Shown here: positions 60,801 through 64,000 of the stretch, piece after piece | How the letters are laid out: each line of letters opens with the position of its first letter | How positions within the stretch are numbered: position 1 is the stretch's first letter | Virus record (IMG/VR): IMGVR_UViG_3300031853_000015 | Coordinates: 1-64,000 of that record | DNA: 64,000 bases | DNA from: a virus | Lineage: Duplodnaviria > Caudoviricetes | Reading direction: 5' to 3' (one strand) | The notes under the pieces: generated by a model | What the model was told of the DNA's origin: nothing | Databases searched by the model: none | The model's input: the letters and a program-made list of their open reading frames with translations, nothing else | Program-made: the position numbers and the translations under genes

Positions 60801-62309
60801 TTATCCCTCTAAAGCTGCGGGTATCAGTGACATTGTTCTTGTAGGATCAAGAATACATACACCAAGTGTAGTCTTTCTATGCATCACAGCAGCATCTTCA
60901 TCAAATGAAGCACTCATATTATTAGTCTCTCCAGTGAAAGGATTAGCAAAAGGACCCCATTGGAAGCCTCTAAATTCAGGATGACCTTTAAGGGCACACT
61001 TGAAGATATTAGGCTGATCCATAGTACCAATGTACATAATATCAAACCTGGAGCTCATAAGAGGATGTCCTTTATCATCTGTCAGTTTATTCCTAACTGG
61101 ATCATCATAGAAGTTATCTACTTCAAGTTTTACTGTAACTCCATTAGGAGCACTCCACTCTGTGAACTGATAACCTGCAGCCAATGCATTGCTATTGAGA
61201 GGAGAATTAGTTTTTCTAACAACTCCAAGCTGGTCTGCATTAACTTGGAATTCAGTCCAACCACTCATTGCATTTCTAACTGCATTATGAAAGAGAATTG
61301 CACCCTGTTCACCTGTTCTAACCACAAAGGTTCTTTGACCAAAATCAAGTTTAGCTGCACTCAATTCATAGAGAGCATCTTCAAGCATCTTCAAAGAGAA
61401 GTCATTATAGTAATATGTATTACCATACTTCATCTGTGCAAGAAGACCATCACCCATTCTAATAACTTCACCAGATTTGCCAATGTTACCATACTCACCA
61501 TTGGGGTTTCTATTGGAAGTACCGAACATAAGAGCAGAATTCTTTTCATCAGACCACTCCTGTTCAAACTGCCATTCTACCCAAGGCATCCACATGGTTT
61601 CTACTTTCTTATTGCCCTTCTTATCAACTAATGGAACACCACAAGCAAGTTTCTTATTCAACATAGTTGAACCAGGAACCTTGAACTGCTTTCTAAGTGT
61701 AGTCCATTCATTTCTCATGGCAACAGGAGCAGAGAATCTTACATCACCAACTTTTCTTGAATTTTCTCTTTCTACAGGAGCAAACTCATGGGAGAATCTT
61801 TCACCTTGCAGAAGTCTTTCAGAAGGAATACCATCTGTAATACCTCCCATAAGCTCCACTTTATACACAGCATTTGTGCCTTCCATTCTTGGATCACCCA
61901 GTACTCTCATTGGGTAAACCTCATTGAGGTTTCCAAAAAGTACCTCACCATCAGCGAACCAATCCTCACCAAATACAAGATAGAAAGGAGCAGTACCTAC
62001 ACCTACATTAGGATCACCTGCCTGAACTACTTTTCCACTTTCATCTCTAGCTTCCAGAAGAGGAATATTTCTTCTAGAAGAACCAACTACCTGCCATGTG
62101 AACTCATCATCTGTATCAAACTCTTTAGTTGGATATTTGGCTAATTCACTTTCAAGAGACTTACCTCTATAAAGTGCAAGAAGTTGAACCATAAAATCAG
62201 ATACTGGTTGAGGAGCCTTCTAATAAATAGAGGCTAAATGATTATCTTTAGTCAGACCTTTCCAACCAGTAAACTGAACCATTTGAAATCTACCTAGCTT
62301 ACCTGCCAT
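60801..62309 (-). CDS. major capsid protein (crAss-like), ~502 aa, single TAG at codon 30
   Basis: MAGKLGRFQMVQFTGWKGLTKDNHLASIY(Q)KAPQ...MVQLL; MRNEWTTLRK, IRMGDGL and DPTRTMSLIPA motifs of crAss capsids. Confidence 0.9.
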
Positions 62310-62335
62310 AATAAATCAATTTATTAATTACGAAT

Positions 62336-63535
62336 TTAATTTATATCTATTGAAAATCCTTGATCAAAAATTGACTTTCCTCCATTGTCACTTCCAAAGC
62401 CTATATATCTAGAACCTCCGTCAGTGCTTTTGTTGTTATTATTAAGGACATGTTCTAACTCTTGTAACTTTCTTTTTACTTGTTTCTTAGCCGGAGGTGC
62501 TACCAACTTATCTAAGTTTTTGAACCCATCAGTAAGTGTAAAGAGTATTCCTACATTCTTAATAAAGTCACTTTCATTTTCAAGTTTGTATTTCTGTAAA
62601 GCTGTAAGATATTCTCCTGTCTCAGGGTCTTTATAAATAGGCTTGGATACATTTTCAAAAGCCTTTTGTCTAGTAATCTTATCAATTTCCATTCCACCAA
62701 ATACTGTATCACTAGACATAATATCTTTTTTCAATTGTTCTGCCTATCTCTTAACAGCCAATCTTTCTTCTTCACTCTTCCTTTTAGCATCTTCAAGGAG
62801 TTCATTGTATTTATCTCCAAAGAAATCCTTATTACTTTGTAAAGCTTGCTTTGCTTCTTCAATGTCTTCTCCAGAAGCAAATAACTTTTCAGTCATTTTT
62901 GCAGCTCTTTCCTCAGTATACTTTCTGTTCATGAAGTCTTGCATTAGCAGTTGTCTTCTTAACTGCACACCTTTATCACTTTCATCATTAAGGTGTTCTT
63001 CTTTAATGCTGTTTAGGAATCCTAATGTTTTTTCATATTGTTTTATAGCATTAGGTTCTACTCCATTATTAAGGGCATTATATATTCTTCTTTGAGCTTC
63101 ATCAAGACCTGCCTATATTTGTCTCTCAAATATCTCCCTAAAGTCTTCAGGTCCCTTAATATCATCAACTTCTTTATCATCAAGGTCAGGAAAGACACCT
63201 TCTTCCTTCAAAGCACTGGCAATGGAAGAGTAGAAGTTAGTTTCGGGAGAAGTACCAGTCTCTTCTTCAGAAGAGGTGTCTTTTTTCTCCTTACCTTTTT
63301 TCTCTTCACTACCTACGCTCTCTGGTTCTTCCTCATCAAATAGATGTTCAGGATCAACCTCAGTAGTTTTATTTGTTTCTTTATTTTTATCTTCAGGATC
63401 TTCATTAGGAGTTTCTTCAGAAGAACCTTTACTTTCATTATCTTTAGCAGGAGGAGTAGCCTCTTCTTGAAAATCTTCGAACAAAGAAGCTGCTTCATCC
63501 CCTGTAAAAATATTATCCATACTTAAAATATCCAT
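62336..63535 (-). CDS. acidic coiled-coil protein upstream of the capsid gene (scaffold-like), ~399 aa, 2 TAG
   Basis: Fragments 63113, 62744 and 62336 are in frame. Acidic N-terminus; position directly before the capsid gene. Confidence 0.75.
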
Positions 63536-63578
63536 ATTTAAATTCTCCCTTTTTAGTGTTTAAATAATGTTTAACTGG

Positions 63579-63612
63579 TGCAAAGATAAATAAAAAAATA
63601 TTACTATGCAAC
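63579..63612 (-). promoter_or_regulatory. Bacteroidota sigma-A type promoter of the capsid operon
   Basis: Minus strand GTTG (63612-09)-N20-TATCTTTG (63588-81)CA. Confidence 0.8.
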
Positions 63613-63652
63613 CCCTTTTATAAAATTACTAATATCTACTATATAAAAATCT

Positions 63653-63985
63653 TTATTTACTGTCGTCCTATGTATTACTAAATATTCGTTTTTTACAAGT
63701 TAAATCCATGCAAATATTCATTGCTAAATTAAGCACTTGTGATTTCAAATCTGATACTTCTTTCTCAAGCTAATCATTTTTCTGTAAAACTCTTGTAAGC
63801 CTCTCACGATTATCATCACTTAATTGTTTATAAAACTCTAGTGAGTCTTTCATATTGGTTATCACAGTACTATCTACTTCACTGTAATATTTCTTTTTTG
63901 CCATTAACCAAGAAGCAAAGCCTGTAATAACAGGAGCTAGAATATTAGTTATGATTAGAACATTAATTTCGGTAGTCATTTCCAT
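63653..63985 (-). CDS. putative holin/lysis membrane protein, ~110 aa, 2 TAG
   Basis: One N-terminal hydrophobic segment, then a coiled coil; read-through ...KND(Q)LEKEVSDLKSQVLNLAMNICMDLTCKKRIFSNT(Q)DDSK-TAA. Function inferred from architecture only. Confidence 0.55.
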
Positions 63986-64000
63986 ATTTTAAATTTATTT

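Noticed and set aside
60960-62144. Plus-strand ORFs of 118-223 aa opposite the capsid gene (also 9092-9511, 62643-63095 and others)
   Set aside because: They are antisense shadows of well-supported genes, with atypical composition and no promoter or ribosome-binding context.
5802-63535. Minus-strand region read as many tiny genes or pseudogenes/frameshifts
   Set aside because: The fragments share frames, break specifically at TAG, and keep conserved motifs across the breaks. Recoding explains this better than decay or sequencing error.
1-64000. Suppressor tRNA (CUA), release factor or aminoacyl-tRNA synthetase
   Set aside because: No tRNA-like cloverleaf or such gene was recognised, and intergenic gaps are short and explained by promoters and terminators. 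They may lie outside the window; tRNAscan-SE or ARAGORN is needed.

Overview
This window is part of an AT-rich crAss-like (Crassvirales) phage genome, probably infecting Bacteroidota. It uses two genetic codes. Bases 1-5526 (+) hold small, tightly packed early/accessory genes in the standard code (ABC-type ATPase fragment, DUF932-like, PI-PLC-like). Nearly all of the rest is the late/virion module, where TAG is read as Gln. The ORF track's many short same-frame fragments join at TAG into about 25 long genes, and every one I reconstructed ends in TAA. On the minus strand these are the major capsid protein, ring/tail proteins, a tail stabiliser (muzzle)-like protein, giant virion proteins (one with a C-terminal PD-(D/E)XK nuclease), BACON-, collagen- and LRR-type fibre proteins, a 2470-aa protein with a CotH-like motif, and a putative holin. 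On the plus strand (21327-34998) lie a ~3000-aa RNA polymerase gene (DFDID motif) with no in-frame TAG and an amber-interrupted downstream partner. Six Bacteroidota-type promoters share the architecture NTTG-N20-TAYCTTTGCA, and several intrinsic terminators are visible. I saw no tRNA (so no suppressor), CRISPR array, integrase or reverse transcriptase. Limits: long recoded genes were joined from frame arithmetic plus manual translation of junctions and ends, not every codon. Family names come from recalled motifs, not database searches. Amber recoding in crAss-like phages is known; the uneven placement of ambers here is the part most worth following up.
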